NCBI GenBank assembly: GCA_032718475.1
Contig: JAUCBJ010004959.1
Span: 24,305-88,304 of the forward strand
Source of the DNA: Nemertoderma westbladi
Lineage: Eukaryota; Animalia; Xenacoelomorpha
DNA: 64,000 bases
Direction of reading: 5' to 3'
Within the stretch, counting starts at the first letter, position 1. Each line of letters starts with the position of its first letter. The notes beneath the pieces were generated by a model that worked only from the letters and a program-made list of their open reading frames with translations, was not told where the DNA came from and searched no databases. Positions 48,934 to 61,641 of the stretch are shown here, one piece after another. The translations under genes and the position numbers were made by a program.

Positions 48934-49554
48934 ATGGCATCCACCAACGCCCCCGGCGCTCGAACTAATCCACGCCGAGTGCCCCACCCATCCGAACTCG
49001 GTCTCCCGCATCCCTCCGTTATCGGAATGAATCCCGTCGTCTTTAACCCGGAGATAGAACGCCAAATGCGCGTTCCCGACAGAATACAAGTCGGTAAGGA
49101 GCAAGTCCAAAGCTTCGCAGATGATTCCTCTTTGCGTCACTTGAGGGAGCAAGAGAACACCGCTACTAAACAAAGTTCTATTATGCAAATCCCCGAGAAA
49201 ATAATTCTCGCCGAGGAAGATATTGACGACGACAACGTGGCTAAACAAAATTTGGATCACGGACACGGAGACGCCAACTATTACACGGAGCCTCTGGAAA
49301 CGCCTCCTGGTGGACCGAACGGTCACCTACCTCGACGCGATGACGTCACGACCCCACATTACCCGGGTTACGGCTCCAAGGAGTATTACAACCCGCCCCA
49401 GGAGCAGTCGTTGCAGACCCAGATGTTCTCCCTGCGGCAGCGCGTAAACGTTTTGGAACGTCGGGAAATTGAACGAACTAATCGGGAATTCTATCACTTT
49501 ATACTCACTGGGTTTGTTGTGGTCATTTCGCTCCATCTATTAATGCGTCGGTAG
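48934..49554 (+). CDS. MFF: Mitochondrial fission factor, single coding exon
   Basis: Two Drp1-binding repeats (MRVPDRIQV, MQIPEKIILA), LETPP, coiled coil LRQRVNVLE..E.ER..RE and a C-terminal transmembrane anchor ending in RR. Confidence 0.9.
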   Translation: MASTNAPGARTNPRRVPHPSELGLPHPSVIGMNPVVFNPEIERQMRVPDRIQVGKEQVQSFADDSSLRHLREQENTATKQSSIMQIPEKIILAEEDIDDDNVAKQNLDHGHGDANYYTEPLETPPGGPNGHLPRRDDVTTPHYPGYGSKEYYNPPQEQSLQTQMFSLRQRVNVLERREIERTNREFYHFILTGFVVVISLHLLMRR

Positions 49555-51349
49555 TCTGCAGTCTGGTTGTATGAATTTATATTACAGTATTACTGCAGTA
49601 AACTGACCAAATAATCTCTAATAGTGAATACAAGAATAGGTGTCTTCTATTGGACGGTAAAGCTGCCGCCATGCAAGACCTGTTAAAATTTAAAAAGTAA
49701 ATAATTTTTTCCATCTTTGAGACATTTCTTTACTGCCGAGTGAGGTGAAAAGGTATAACTTTTCTTCCCTTTCACATTTTTTTTCATTATTTTTCTGCTA
49801 ACAAAACAATTATTTTTTTAATTTTTTCCCACTTTTTTTAAACTAGAAATCCCTTCTTTCGAATTGTGTTGGTCAACAAATATCTGGAATGATTTTTATT
49901 TAAACGTGCAAACATTAGCGCATCACCCCCTATAAGAAGATAATCACATACAGTTGAAGTACCTTCTAATTTATAGTTACAATTTTATCGTAAAGAAATG
50001 TTTCAATTGTTTTAGAACTTTTACTCACATTTATATTCACTCAGTTTGTGAAGCATTCATTGTAATAATAGCGGCTACATTATTCTAATGAATTGAATTG
50101 AATTATTTACTAGAAACCTTTAATATAGTTATACCGTTACCCTAGAACTTCTAACAGTTTATAACAAGAATACCGGCCATTGGCCACTTCTTTACAATAA
50201 GTCTTAAAAAACTTTTGACGACAATTTTTCACCATTCATTCCATTTCTTGGCCCCACCGATGTATTTATAAACTTTCTCACTAATATTATTTACTTTAAC
50301 TATCTACTTTACGGTATTATGTCTATAATACATCCGTCTCACGTTAACCCCTTCAGGTATATTGTATAGTTTTAGATTTTAAGTTTTAGTTTGTCTGCAG
50401 TCTATTAATACTTGAAGTTATTCATTGTGCTACCGAAAATTGTGTAATCTTTTCAATTACTAATATATTATATACACCATGAACCGTAATATAAACTACT
50501 GCTAGGTACGTAACGTACGTTCCGAAACGGACACGATATTACCGGCCATTGTGTACTAAGTATTAATAGTGCGTTAATGGTAATCTCGGTATTTATTCTT
50601 TAATTTTCTATAGTTTAGTTATGAAATATAGTTTTATAGTACACATACATACAATCACAATCACAATGCTAATGCTAATCTAATGAAATAGTATTTCGGT
50701 TATATATACATATTATTTATAATATTTCTTTAAGAACTTTTTATTAGCATCAGTTGTACTAAGACAATCGTGATGCAACCAGATATTTATGTCCCGCCCC
50801 TAATGCACATATAATAGTATCCGCGGTACTGTTAGTAGCAGATTGGATTGCTTGAACAATTAGCTAATCTAGTCGCACCATTTACATTCTACATATATAT
50901 TTCAGTAGAATTATTACACTGATAAATAATCCTACACGTAATTTATTTCTAGTTAATATAATATGTTTGCGTCATGTTCTTATGCTAAAATTATATATTT
51001 CACTGAACGAATCATAATATTTTTGATACATTTTATCAGCGTTCTGGTGGTGATAGCGTCGGAACGCTGCTATGTATTCGCTAACCTTGTAACACTAAAT
51101 ATCTAGAACACGTCTTGAGTATTATAATACTTATAATATACTTATAATAATACTTATAATAATTTATAATTCTCCATTGATGATGGCCATTGCAGGCTAA
51201 GTGTAGGATTATTTACCATAGAGTTGTTACAGTAACAGGAATTAAAGGCATAAAAGGGATATTAATTATGAATTTCATTTATATTCCTAAACATTTCAAT
51301 ATTTAAGCGAATAATTTAGAATTCAAAACGCTGATAAGTAACGTAAGCA

Positions 51350-52011
51350 CTCTGGAGTCCCGAATAGACGGGGTGGGTGGAATAAACGGGGTGGGGGGTG
51401 GAATAAACGGGGTGGGGGTGGAATAAACGGGGTAGGGGTGGAATAAACGGGGTGGGGTGGAATAAACGGGGTAGGGGTGGAATAAACGGGGTGGAATAAA
51501 CGGGGTGGGGTGGAATAAACGGGGTGGGGTGGAATAAACGGGGTGGAATAAACGGGGTGGGGGGGTGGAATAAACGGGGTAGGGGTGGAATAAACGGGGT
51601 GGGGTGGAATAAACGGGGTGGGGTGGAATAAACGGGGTGGGGTGGAATAAACGGGGTGGGTGGAAAAATTTCATTATGCTAGTAGTCGGGGTGGCTGGAA
51701 TTAACGTAGTGGGTGGAAAATTTAACATACTTACTAACATACAGTTACTGTATAGGCGTACAAGTACAGTAGTACCTACGGCTACCGGTGGTATACTCGG
51801 TACACGGTTTTTGGTTTCTTTCACTTTCAAATCTCAATTATTATGAGAACAAACGTTTATTTACTCAATAAAAAATGTACTAATTTTTTTAGAAAAAAAC
51901 TCACCCACAATTATCTTATTCCAGACACCCCTTCTGGAATAAGATAATTGTTGGTGAGTTTTTTTTCAAAAATTAACAGCCGTGTCGCCCCGTCTATTCG
52001 GGACTCCAGAG
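51350..52011. mobile_element. Tc1/pogo-like MITE with internal G-rich array
   Basis: Perfect 24-bp TIR CTCTGGAGTCCCGAATAGACGGGG, TA on the right flank. GGAATAAACGGGGT(G/A)GGGGT array at ~51370-51665. Long hairpin at ~51893-51966. Confidence 0.8.
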
Positions 52012-53877
52012 TATTATTAAGTATAAGTGACATAGTAACCAAATTTCATACGCCATTGTGTGAAAAGAGCAATTAGCGTTTATGACCCTTTTATATTTAT
52101 TTAACTCTCTCGCTGCTCTCGTTCGGCTCGGTATAATATACATAATGTAATATTATGGTTTGTACAGAAAAATTGGAAAAAATTAGTAAGCATCTCACCG
52201 GGGGTTGAACCAGCGCTATACGTATGCCTCATCAGCAGCGCTAACCATTTCAGCCTCAGTTAGAGTGAAACAGGAGGGAAGTAGAAATAAATAAATATTC
52301 AGCTCGAGTATAGCTGCCAGGTGATAAATAAATAAATTAATTGTAGTTGAGCTTTTAATGCAACTTTAATGAATAATATTGTAATAAGTTGTTCAGAAGT
52401 GGCCTCATCAGTAGGACAAACCAGTTCAGCCACTTGCCCCTGACACTCATACTCTCTCATCTAATCCACTTATTGATCAGTAAAAATAAACAGTACAAAT
52501 AAATAAAGTGAAAAAGAGTACAAATAAAGTACATATAAAGTAAAGTAAAATAGAAGTATAAAGTACAAATAAAGTAAATAAAGTAAATAAAGTACAAATA
52601 AAGTAGCATATTATTATATCCTATCAATTTTCACCATTTCTGAACTAACCCATTATATATTACATCATATTACAGTTGCATTAACAGGTCAACTCAAATT
52701 CATTATATTCCTAGAACACATAGGCTACTGTAATTACACCCGGACCATAAAACGCTGAAAAGTGAATTGAATTGAATTTATTTATTTCCTCAAAATTTAT
52801 ATAAAAACAACAAACTAAACAATACCACAGAATCTGCTGGGTACTTTGGAGTGTGGGTGAACCGCCGCATGATATAATTATTATGATCCTTTATGTTTTC
52901 TCAACCTTTACGTCTTGGTACTGTAAATATTTAAAAGGTTGGTTTCAGTCTACTAGCGTATCTACGTCTAGTTTGCAACTTAAAGTAATGCCATTTGCAT
53001 GGTAGCACATACATTTTGCTTTTCGAATAACCGCGCGAAATGAAAGTATATTGTACGAAAGTATTTGAAGCTGTAAGCGTAGCTGTCCAACTTTGTCACT
53101 ACGTACTGCGCCGTATGAAATCTTAAAACCAAAACCCATCTGGATATTAACAACAACACCAACAACGCTACCAACAAACAACAACACCAACAATGCTACG
53201 CGGGCCTAAAAATAGTTATTTTATCTGATCGATTCAAAACTGTTATATAAGGATTATTGTTTAGGCTAGGCCTAGGCCTACAATATATCTCACTCTGATA
53301 CTGTATAATATTATACTGTGGTGCCGGTATGCATGTATGTGGTGTTATAGTCATGTAATGTTTTATATATAATATGATTCAAGAATATTATAATGTCACA
53401 AATGTTTACATATTTTATATTACATCACTGAGTAGATGACACGACACATAAACTTAAGAAAAACCTAAATTTAATGGGGATTTCATATCTGAAATTGGTT
53501 ACTCGACATAATGGCCCATTCTTGTTTTACTGTTGCAATCTAAATAACAAAGTGTGCCGAACGCTCTCGGCCTTGTTTCATACAGTATTTAATATGGGCC
53601 ATATGGATATGAGCATTAATTAGGTGGTGAATTACTGTATGACACTGTTCCAGGACATGGTGTACCGAATGAGTTTTAACATCGGGATCAGTATCTCTAT
53701 AGTTCTTTAGTCTAAGTACTAGAGGATACAGTATAGTGACCTACATTTTTTAGGTCCGCGTAACGAGACCTCTACACTAGTTTACTCCGTTGTTGGTCTT
53801 TGTTGTGAATTTCCAGTTGGGCTTTATAAGGATTAATAATAGCGAAGTTGGAAGATCATTGGACTTGGGATTCTAAC

Positions 53878-53941
53878 GGCGCAGTAGCGAAGTTGGTTGA
53901 GCGTTGGACTTGGAATCTCTAGGTACCGAGTTCAATCCCAT
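53878..53941 (+). mobile_element. tRNA-like SINE head or tRNA pseudogene
   Basis: TAGCGAAGTTGG (A box) and GAGTTCAATCCC (B box), but no closing acceptor stem. Partial duplicate just upstream. Confidence 0.4.
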
Positions 53942-54081
53942 TTTGTAATTTGTGGTGAATATTTTGGTAGAAGAATGGTAGTACGCCGTTCATGGAGACA
54001 GTTTATGCGTTAGTAGACGCGGACCTTTGCGCGATTTCGCGCATGTCAAATAAAACACCCATCTAACATTGACAAAAAAGC

Positions 54082-54134
54082 GGCGGGAAATTTGATATTT
54101 TGCTGTTTTGAACACAAATTTTATTATTTCAGTT
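54082..54134 (+). promoter_or_regulatory. Putative MRPL37 promoter (E2F/CDE plus CHR-like, Inr-like TCAGTT)
   Basis: GGCGGGAAATTTGAT at 54082-54096 and TCAGTT at 54129-54134. Confidence 0.4.
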
Positions 54135-54273
54135 CAGCTTCGCATACAGGTACATCTGTATGTGGGTAGTCGTAGTAGGCCCATTCAGTCGCATTTTTCT
54201 AAATAAACAAGCTCGACTCTCGACATAGCATTGCTGCATGGGTTCCTCGGTATTAAATCTTTAGGCAGTTAGG

Positions 54274-55503
54274 ATGGCGCTGAATTTGGCAGCTAAAAGG
54301 GCCGCCATTTCTAATCCGATGCTTAAAACGAGAACATTATTAATACCAAACAAAGTCAAACAAAATCGGAAGTTCTGCTTAAGTTTGCTAGACAATGATC
54401 CGGAGAAAAACTACGAATTCGTTGTAAAGCGAATGATTGACAACCGGGCGACCTTAGAGAAAGAAGTTCTGGAATCGGGAGTTCTAGAAGGCAAACCTGA
54501 GTTGGAGATTGTCGACGACGAACACCGAGTTTATCCTGTAGAATCGAAGGTTAAAGCTATTCGTTCAGAACCTTTGTATCAATTCAGAGATAGTAGATCT
54601 ATCCTGTGGGAAGGACCAAAACAGGGTCTATATCTAACCAAGTCTATAATAGTTGATTACGATCTTCCAGCATCCATTAAAGGGTTACGGGGCCGTTATG
54701 AAGTCCCAATACAAGACGCGATGCTACGTAACGCTATAGTCCACGCGAAACTGACAGACAACCAGTTGGAGCGGGTCCCGGAAGATATATGGATCGGGAA
54801 TCTTGTCACTAGTGTCCTCAGACTCACAGACACCCTAGGGAGGTGGATGCCGGAACTATGGAAACGGGGCGGCGCTGAGGGAGTGCGGACTCGTGTGCGG
54901 TGGACACGAGAGGGGAAACTAATCGAAGTCTTCGGGAAGTTCGGTAGAGTTCTCACCTGCGAGCAGCCGTTAGCGCCAATAATATCGGACTCTCGGGAGA
55001 TTCTCTCTACTGAATCTCGTAGATTCGAGAGTTTCTACCCCGCCAGCCCTACGGTAGATCTACACAGAGTCTACGACTACTCCGATAACTACGAGATATC
55101 CACTGGTTTCTCCTCGGGTTATAAGAACCCGGCGATGCACACCCAGTTCGTCGCCCCGTTCCATCGCCGCTTCCCCAACTCGCCCTGGTCCGATACCCCG
55201 ATTCTCTTCGCCCGGGCGCTATTCGCCGCATTCTCCGGGGCGTTGTCTCGCGCCCTAACTCGCCCATCCGACCTCCCCGTGGTCACTCAGGCCATCGCCA
55301 CCGACGGTAGATTGTTCCACTTTCTCGTCTTCCAGTTGAACTCCCTCGATCTGGATTCCACCGACACCGGGGTTCGCAATATGGTCTGGTGGCTCCCCGA
55401 CCAGGCCTTGTACGAACGCTGTAACTATGGCGACTCGCAACCTGTTAACTACAACCCCGAAGTCTTTCAGACTATTATAGCTATGCTAAGTAATGGCGCC
55501 TAG
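54274..55503 (+). CDS. MRPL37: Mitochondrial ribosomal protein L37 (mL37), single coding exon
   Basis: PVVTQAIATDGRLFHFLVFQLNSLDLD....VRNMVW...Q.LY, G.KQ.L.LTKS and FYPASPTVDL match the mL37 family. Basic N-terminal presequence. Confidence 0.9.
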   Translation: MALNLAAKRAAISNPMLKTRTLLIPNKVKQNRKFCLSLLDNDPEKNYEFVVKRMIDNRATLEKEVLESGVLEGKPELEIVDDEHRVYPVESKVKAIRSEPLYQFRDSRSILWEGPKQGLYLTKSIIVDYDLPASIKGLRGRYEVPIQDAMLRNAIVHAKLTDNQLERVPEDIWIGNLVTSVLRLTDTLGRWMPELWKRGGAEGVRTRVRWTREGKLIEVFGKFGRVLTCEQPLAPIISDSREILSTESRRFESFYPASPTVDLHRVYDYSDNYEISTGFSSGYKNPAMHTQFVAPFHRRFPNSPWSDTPILFARALFAAFSGALSRALTRPSDLPVVTQAIATDGRLFHFLVFQLNSLDLDSTDTGVRNMVWWLPDQALYERCNYGDSQPVNYNPEVFQTIIAMLSNGA

Positions 55504-57697
55504 TAATTGACAATATTGACTTTATATTATAATTATTATTATTATTTCCTAGTTGCGAAATTAAAAATGAAAAAGAAATTAAAAATTTAATAATGTTTTC
55601 TTCCTGTTTTTCTTATATTTCTGGCTGCAGTTCTCTGAGTGTTTCCACTTTCACTATGGAATTTTGGATCAGCTAACTTTTATTATTTAGAATTGACGAA
55701 CAAAATTTCCTGGAACAAAATATAACTATTAATTAGATGGGAATATATAGTCTTTTTATCCCTTTGACCTTGAGATGGAGATGAGTTCTACTCGGCGAAT
55801 TAATATATCGTCTCAATGTGAAACAATCAGTTAAGGTAAAGGATCAGGTTACAGTCCAGTGGCGCTTTTTCTAACCAAAACAATAAACAAAAGTCAATAA
55901 GAACAGGTAACAATTTCATTTTTGAGAGTAAACAGCTGATATTTTCGTCGATTTTCCCCTGGAGGAGATTGAATTTCGTCCGCTGTCTGTTAAAAATAAA
56001 TAAGTTAAAATAAAGCTGTAATTTTCTGGAATAAAATAATGATATATTATTCCGGAATATTTTTTTTTTGAATACTACCTAGGCCTATAAATACGCCCTA
56101 GTATCGCCCTGAGTAAAACATATAAGTTCCACACGCCACGGCCTCTATATTTCGGCTATTTCCTATTTGTCAACAAAATTCATATTAATTTACACATTAG
56201 GATCATTAAAGTAAGGCAATCTTACCATCAGCACCAACATTATTACGAAGATTTCGAAGAATATCTGCCGTGCAACGGCAGTAAGGCCCGTAACTACAGC
56301 AGTCGGAGGAGACCTTCACTTTTTTCATAATATTTGAACTCAAAGTAGAAATTTTACAAATTATCTCTGTTTCAAATTTCATGCAATTTTATTAAGAACA
56401 TTTTAGAAAATTAGTAGACGGCTTAGTGTACCTGAAATAAAACTAAAATTAATATTAATATAAAATAAATAAAAATATTCCTGAGCCTGGTGTATGATTA
56501 TTATTTTAATTAAAATAATAATAGATTTTTTATTATATTTACTGACATTTGAACTATTATGTCGTCTCCAACACAAAATACTATTATTAACTAATTTATT
56601 ATTAATAGTGCTGCGAAATTTGGTACGATAATTATTGTAATAGGCCTACTGTCAACACTGTCTGCTGGCCTCAGTGGCAGCCTGGATCTTACAATTCTCT
56701 ACTTATTTTGCTACAACAAACCGCCTATTTTGTAAATTGTCAAAAAACTTTTTTTATTATACAGTGCCGAATTTAATGGAGATTTCAAATCTGCAATCAG
56801 TTTTCTAAACTTTCAAACCGTTTTCAAATAAATATAATTCCTAAAAAGTTGTTTTATTAGTTATACAGATGTTTGGCAAACAAGAAATTTTCTTGAATTT
56901 CATTCATTTTTGACAAATATATTGTTCCACAAAGAAAAATAGAATTATCTAAAAGCGGGACGGTTTGATTTGTTCCTTAAACTAAACACCTTTATCTCAG
57001 ATTGACGGTTTTTAATGAAAATGGCTATTTCTCCGCTAATATTAACTGAAATTAGTTGGAATTTGGTACACTTGTTCAGAACACCCTTGTCCATAATTCT
57101 TGTGAACAAATTTGGTTGGCAATGCAATTTTTCATCAAAATGGCCCATAAAAGCCCTTTTTTGGACCATTTTGGTCTAAAGTGACCCCAAACAATTTTCA
57201 GTTAAAAACGTTCAGAAGAATTGGAAGCAAGGGTCTTCCGAACATATATTCTACATGAAGTACAAATTCTACATGAAGTATATTAAAGAAATATGGAGAA
57301 ATAATAGCCTTTGGCGCAAAAAGGCACTTTTGGCCATTATAGAGCCATTTGGGGGCCAATTTTAAAAATATTTTGTTTGTCTATTCTTAAACTACCCAGA
57401 CGATGTTTAGTTTAGTATTTCAAAAATAAATAAATAAATTCCACCAAATTTTAGGGACCAGGGAAACCAAAATGTAAGGTTACATTTTGGGGTGTGCTGA
57501 GGCTGACCCCCCACCCCTCCTTAAACACGCTATTTCGACCGTTTCTTCATGTTTTTACAAAAAAACACACCCCACCACTCGATTCATAACACCTTATTTA
57601 ATTGTTTCTAGCCCAACAATTATTTTTGCGCAATAACCCTATTCGAATTTTCCATGAGAGCCATTCAGATACAACAAACCATCACTAATCAATTTAG

Positions 57698-57751
57698 CCA
57701 ATAGCGAACCATTGGGCAGTAGGCATTCCTACAAAAGGCGGGTTATTTGAA
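57698..57751 (+). promoter_or_regulatory. Putative SLC35F promoter (two CCAAT boxes plus CDE/CHR)
   Basis: CCAAT at 57698, ATTGG at 57711 and GGCGG-N4-TTTGAA at 57737-57751. Confidence 0.45.
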
Positions 57752-58053
57752 ATACTTCCTTGGTTTAGGAAGAAAACGTTCGTTTATTTGTTTTCAGCCA
57801 ACTGTCAGCAGTGTCAGGTACCGGTACTGTTCACTGTTTCAATATACTGGACTACTCATTATTGTACCAATTAAATCTTGGTAATTTGCGCGTTTCGTAG
57901 TTAGCTAGCACTTTTATTTCGGTAGGTTTGTTTTGTACAACCGTATTGTAATGGTGTAAAGTAACTAATCGACTTTCTTCAAAGTATAATAAGTATGTAC
58001 CAGTACCACTACGTTTATTAAAATATTAAACTTGCTATAAAATAAATAAGAAG

Positions 58054-59187
58054 ATGGAACCACCGCCGCCTCAACCTGAAGTTAGAACAAGGCAGAAGAT
58101 GTGCTACGGAATACTGCTCGTGGTTCTTATTGCCGTTACCTTTTCCACCAACACCCAAATAGGGAAGTCCACATTGACTAAAAACTTCCAGGCCCCCTTA
58201 TTTATGATTTGGTTCACCACAAACTGGGGTTGCTTTTTATTCCCGATCGTCTGCGTGCCAAGACTAATCAAACGACGACGAGATCTGTCTCTATTCGATA
58301 TGTACAGAGAATCCGCCACTGTGTTTTCCGTAAATGGGTTAACCTTTGAAAGTTTCCTTTTCAAAGTTGGTCTGTTCAGTGTGATCTGGCTGGTGGCCAA
58401 CGTCACTTACATGAAAGCGTTAGAAACCAAAGCAGCAACAGACGTTACTGCAATATTTTCCGTAAATAACGTTTTCGTTTACATCTTGTCGCTGATAATT
58501 CTAGGAGAGTCTGTTCTCGTTTTAAAGTTATGTTCAGTGCTTCTCTCTGTCGGAGGTGTTGTTCTTATTGTGTCGGAAGATGGATTTAAAGGTCCTTCCG
58601 CCCTTTCTGTCTCTTTGGTTTTGTTGGCTGCGTTTCTGTCAGCGCTATACAATGTTTTATTCAAGAAAATAATAGGCGACGCATCTCTTTATCAAGTGGC
58701 TTTGTTTATTTCTATACTCAGTATATTTAATATGATTATTTTTTCTCCTTTGGTGTTGGCGCTAAAAATGTCTGGAACAGAACATTGGGAATGGAGTGAT
58801 ATTCCATGGGAGATGCTGATGGGTATGTCAGCCACCGGTCTAGCTTTTAATTTCTTTGTCAATTTTGGTGTTATTTACACCTACCCGCTGTTTATTACGA
58901 TAGGAATGCTAACTGGAATACCTATCAACGCTGCCATTGACGCTATATTTAGAAGCGTTTATTTCGGGGCGCTAAAAGCTGGCGGATCGGTTTTGATAAT
59001 ATTTAGTTTTGTTTTGTTGGTTTTGCCGAATTCGTGGCATATTAAATCGTGCAGCCTAATGAAACGAATGTGTTGTTGCCGGTCTCGTTGCGCTGAACGA
59101 AACGAAACTGTTAATAGGAGTATTACTAATGAAGAAGTTCAAACAGATAACGAAGTTACCGAAACCACCAGTCTTCGAAAGTTTTGA
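58054..59187 (+). CDS. SLC35F3: SLC35F3/F4-like DMT/EamA transporter, single coding exon
   Basis: F.APLFMIWFTTNW..FLFP, NVTYMKAL....ATDVTAIFS.N..FVYILS, SALYNVLFKK and FNFFVNFGV..TYPLFITIG....IPINAAID, with about 10 hydrophobic segments. Confidence 0.88.
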   Translation: MEPPPPQPEVRTRQKMCYGILLVVLIAVTFSTNTQIGKSTLTKNFQAPLFMIWFTTNWGCFLFPIVCVPRLIKRRRDLSLFDMYRESATVFSVNGLTFESFLFKVGLFSVIWLVANVTYMKALETKAATDVTAIFSVNNVFVYILSLIILGESVLVLKLCSVLLSVGGVVLIVSEDGFKGPSALSVSLVLLAAFLSALYNVLFKKIIGDASLYQVALFISILSIFNMIIFSPLVLALKMSGTEHWEWSDIPWEMLMGMSATGLAFNFFVNFGVIYTYPLFITIGMLTGIPINAAIDAIFRSVYFGALKAGGSVLIIFSFVLLVLPNSWHIKSCSLMKRMCCCRSRCAERNETVNRSITNEEVQTDNEVTETTSLRKF

Positions 59188-60399
59188 ATAAATTGTATAA
59201 GAATTCATTTTAGTATTTGCAGACAGGGAAGGGTAAACTTGACGCAAACCCCATTTCGACGAATTTATATTTATATTTATTTATACAGGTTACAGTTTAT
59301 TTTTGGAAGTAACCGCTGTTATTTGTGTCGAATTTTCCTGGCGAGGGATGAATTTTTTATTCATCACGTCGAACCCCCCCCCCCCCCCCCCCCCCCCCTT
59401 TCATCTCATGCTCCTCCCACCTCGGATCATTACTATATTTATTAACAATTTCAAAAATTTAAAGTAGTTAGTAATGTTATCTTTTTATTTCTTATGTAAC
59501 GGTTGTTTATTTATTGATAATTAGAGCGGTATGAGTCAAATCACCAAGTTACCATAAACAAAACAAAATACTAAATTGCTAACAATGTTAAATTGTCCGA
59601 TAGTAATATTCAACCAAAATATTGTACTCATTTCAACTCACTATCGCCAAAAATAATCACCATCAATAAAGATTGAAAACAGTTTATTTACCAGAATATT
59701 GTATAGTACAGTAGTAATAAATTATTGTTCTGCTAATTTTATAATCTCTAAAGCAGCTTCTGCTAACTTAACTTTTTAGCGAAGAATACAGAAACGATAC
59801 AGTAATATATAGATCCACTCTCCAGATCCACTCGCTACTACCGCAGATGGCAACTAAGATACCCAGGACTGATGGATTTGGAGAATTTCGCAATGTCCTG
59901 TAACCGGGAGGCCAGACAATCGTGTCACATTCATTCCCACCCATGTTTTAATATTCCGCTATAAGAATAAATAATATAAATAAATAATATAAATAAATAA
60001 TATAATATATCTAAATAATATTAATAGCTAAATGATATATCTATTTTATAGTGACCTTTTTTGGGGGCTACTCCATCAGACCTTGGGTGGATGACATGCG
60101 AAAGTTCTATCATTTAAGCTGAAAATAATTTCTGTACTGTAACCCTAAAAGTACTACAAACAAATTTACTATCGCCATGCCTTACATGTATACGTACGCA
60201 GTAGTAAGGGGCTTCACAGGGCCAACTAAGTTTGGTAGGTTAGGTTTAGTATTTTGGTTAGGGTTAGTTGCATTGTCATTCATTTTTAAGTTCAAATTAT
60301 ATGTAGCAATCTCACTGACAAATTTATAACTATCACTTATTTAGTCGGAATATTGTAATAATTAACGATTTAATGTGTTTATAAATGATAAAATCGCAC

Positions 60400-60822
60400 G
60401 AGTCCCACACTTTACAATGAAATGTCCCACACTTTACATACTTTGCTGCACTTAAACTACTCCCCTGTTTCATTGATGTTACCTACAAGCTTACTAAAGG
60501 CTAATTTATTTTCCCTACATATCTACTGTACGAACATCATGAAACAAAACATTTCCCACGAACTTTACCCAATTCGCTGAACTTTAGCAATGAAGTTGGC
60601 AGTTGAGAATTTCAACTTGATACGCGTCCCGCACTTTACAATTTTTTTGAAGAAAGAATTCTGAGAAATAGACTGCTGCAGGTTTTTCAAACTGTTTTTT
60701 TTTACTGAACAGATAATTGGTTTTTCTAAGAAACACAAGCATTATAATATTTTAGTTCATTATCTTGATGTACAATGCTAAAGTATGCACAAAATGTCGT
60801 ACGAATGTCCCGCACTTTACAT
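60400..60822. repeat. Spaced motif GTCCC(A/G)CACTTTACA x4, probable DNA-transposon subterminal repeats
   Basis: Copies near 60402, 60423, 60626 and 60807. Confidence 0.4.
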
Positions 60823-61641
60823 GGAATGAGCCTGTTACATAGATATCGCAACAACTTGCGTTCAGGCGCATAAAGCCTGTGATTCACTTGCGACTTACAT
60901 GCGTTACGATGCAAAAATATCGCAAAAATCTGTTGGTTGTGATATTTGTGTAATTTTATAATAATACTGAAACTGTCTAGGGACATAAAATATGATAGGA
61001 TGGCCTTCTGTATGTAGTTGATTATTCCATTACTAACTGTTTGATACTATGGGCTACCATACCATCTGCCTACTTATCTTACATTACACTCTCTAGACAT
61101 AGAACATTATTAGACATCTGTATGAATCAATACTATAAATGGTTGGTTTATATACAGGATAATACAAACATATTAGAATAACCATGATACACTTTTAATC
61201 ATTCCCTATAATTTTCAATTCTATAAAATATATTAATATAATCTCTGTATTTGACAGCCATATTAGATAATTTATATTCACCAATTTTATATTTTAAATC
61301 AATTTATTTCTTAATAGGCAACTTTATTTTAATTAATTATCTTTAGTGTAATTAAAAACATGCGATTCACAAGGGAATTTACTGGAATCATGGTGTAAAA
61401 TATGCGTGAAATATGGTGTGAATCACATGCGCGGAATCGCGTCCGTATTTCTAACATGCGAATCACAAGAGTTTTATCGCTGCAGTATTTAATGAGCCAT
61501 AATAAAAACGCATGGCGCTTTAATATCACTTGCGGGACGCATGCGCATTTTCACTGGGTTATGTAACTCTAGTAACGCCTAATCTTATAGGTAACTTTAA
61601 CGCCTAACATTATGTAACGCTAACCTTAAACCGAGTTCAAT

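Noticed and set aside
52196-53941. Functional tRNA genes (52196-52260 on -, 53878-53941 on +; also 28255-28330)
   Set aside because: A/B-box-like motifs only; I could not fold complete cloverleaves, so SINE heads are more likely. tRNAscan-SE would decide.
48934-59187. Bacterial or viral origin of the intronless genes
   Set aside because: MFF, MRPL37 and SLC35F3 are eukaryotic, animal-type genes embedded among animal TEs.
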